Below are positions 63,946-64,000 of a DNA stretch of 64,000 nt, in pieces. Position numbers and translations under genes: made by a program. The notes under the pieces were generated by a model, which was not told where the DNA came from, made no database searches, and saw nothing but the letters and a program-made list of their open reading frames with translations. Position 1 is the stretch's first letter. The number at the start of each line of letters is the position of its first letter. The stretch is from an uncultured Bacteroidales bacterium (lineage in GTDB: Bacteria; Bacteroidota; Bacteroidia; Bacteroidales; VadinHA17), in assembly GCA_963849945.1 (NCBI GenBank), contig CAWKJD010000015.1:194673-258672 (forward strand). Reading direction: 5' to 3'.

Positions 63946-64000
63946 TTATCTTAGTTTTCTGGCCTGCATCAGCGACAGGTAGCGGTTTTTAGCCTCCTCA
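63946..64000 (-). CDS. 3' end of an unidentified minus-strand gene (only 18 codons in the window)
   Basis: The minus-strand reading frame is open from the window edge to a TAA stop at 63946-63948 (..EEAKNRYLSLMQARKLR). It is too short to identify. Confidence 0.3.
   Translation of the reverse strand, partial: EEAKNRYLSLMQARKLR

Overview
This is a 64-kb chromosomal fragment that looks like a Bacteroidota genome. It carries type IX secretion and gliding genes (porV, porU, a PorP/SprF-family gene, gldJ). Several intergenic regions contain Bacteroidetes-style promoters (TTTG at -33, TAnnTTTG at -7).

I support about 52 protein-coding features.
- Housekeeping genes include rlmN, recR, alaS, hutU, ispF, murF, mtaB and folC.
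- A large alpha-2-macroglobulin-family gene (1-4633, minus strand) is missing from the ORF track because it runs off the window edge.
- Three tandem paralogs encode TPR plus TolB-like propeller proteins.
- Two tandem genes encode M23 peptidases.
- The right-hand third is more accessory: a five-gene cluster of uncharacterised secreted proteins, several small orphan genes, and a BlaI/BlaR1-TonB pair.

I recognised no rRNA, tRNA, CRISPR array, transposase or integrase.

Observations worth a second look:
1. The five-gene cluster of signal-peptide proteins at 51.1-56.8 kb has no recognisable enzymology. A ~55-aa module is shared across the boundary between its second and third genes.
2. A phased array of six stem-loops (53-bp period, compensatory stem changes) sits upstream of the blaI-like gene.
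3. Several intergenic spacers are built from in-phase degenerate 8-nt micro-tandem words. The word family CAGACCTT recurs at three loci.
4. A GC-rich palindrome, an A-tract and a promoter recur together as a dispersed cassette.
5. Three frameshift-disrupted genes (PIN-PhoH, esterase, beta-barrel OMP) cluster within 6 kb, next to those repeats.
6. A ~170-bp composite palindromic element lies upstream of hutU.

All calls come from reading the sequence and remembering family motifs. No database search was run.
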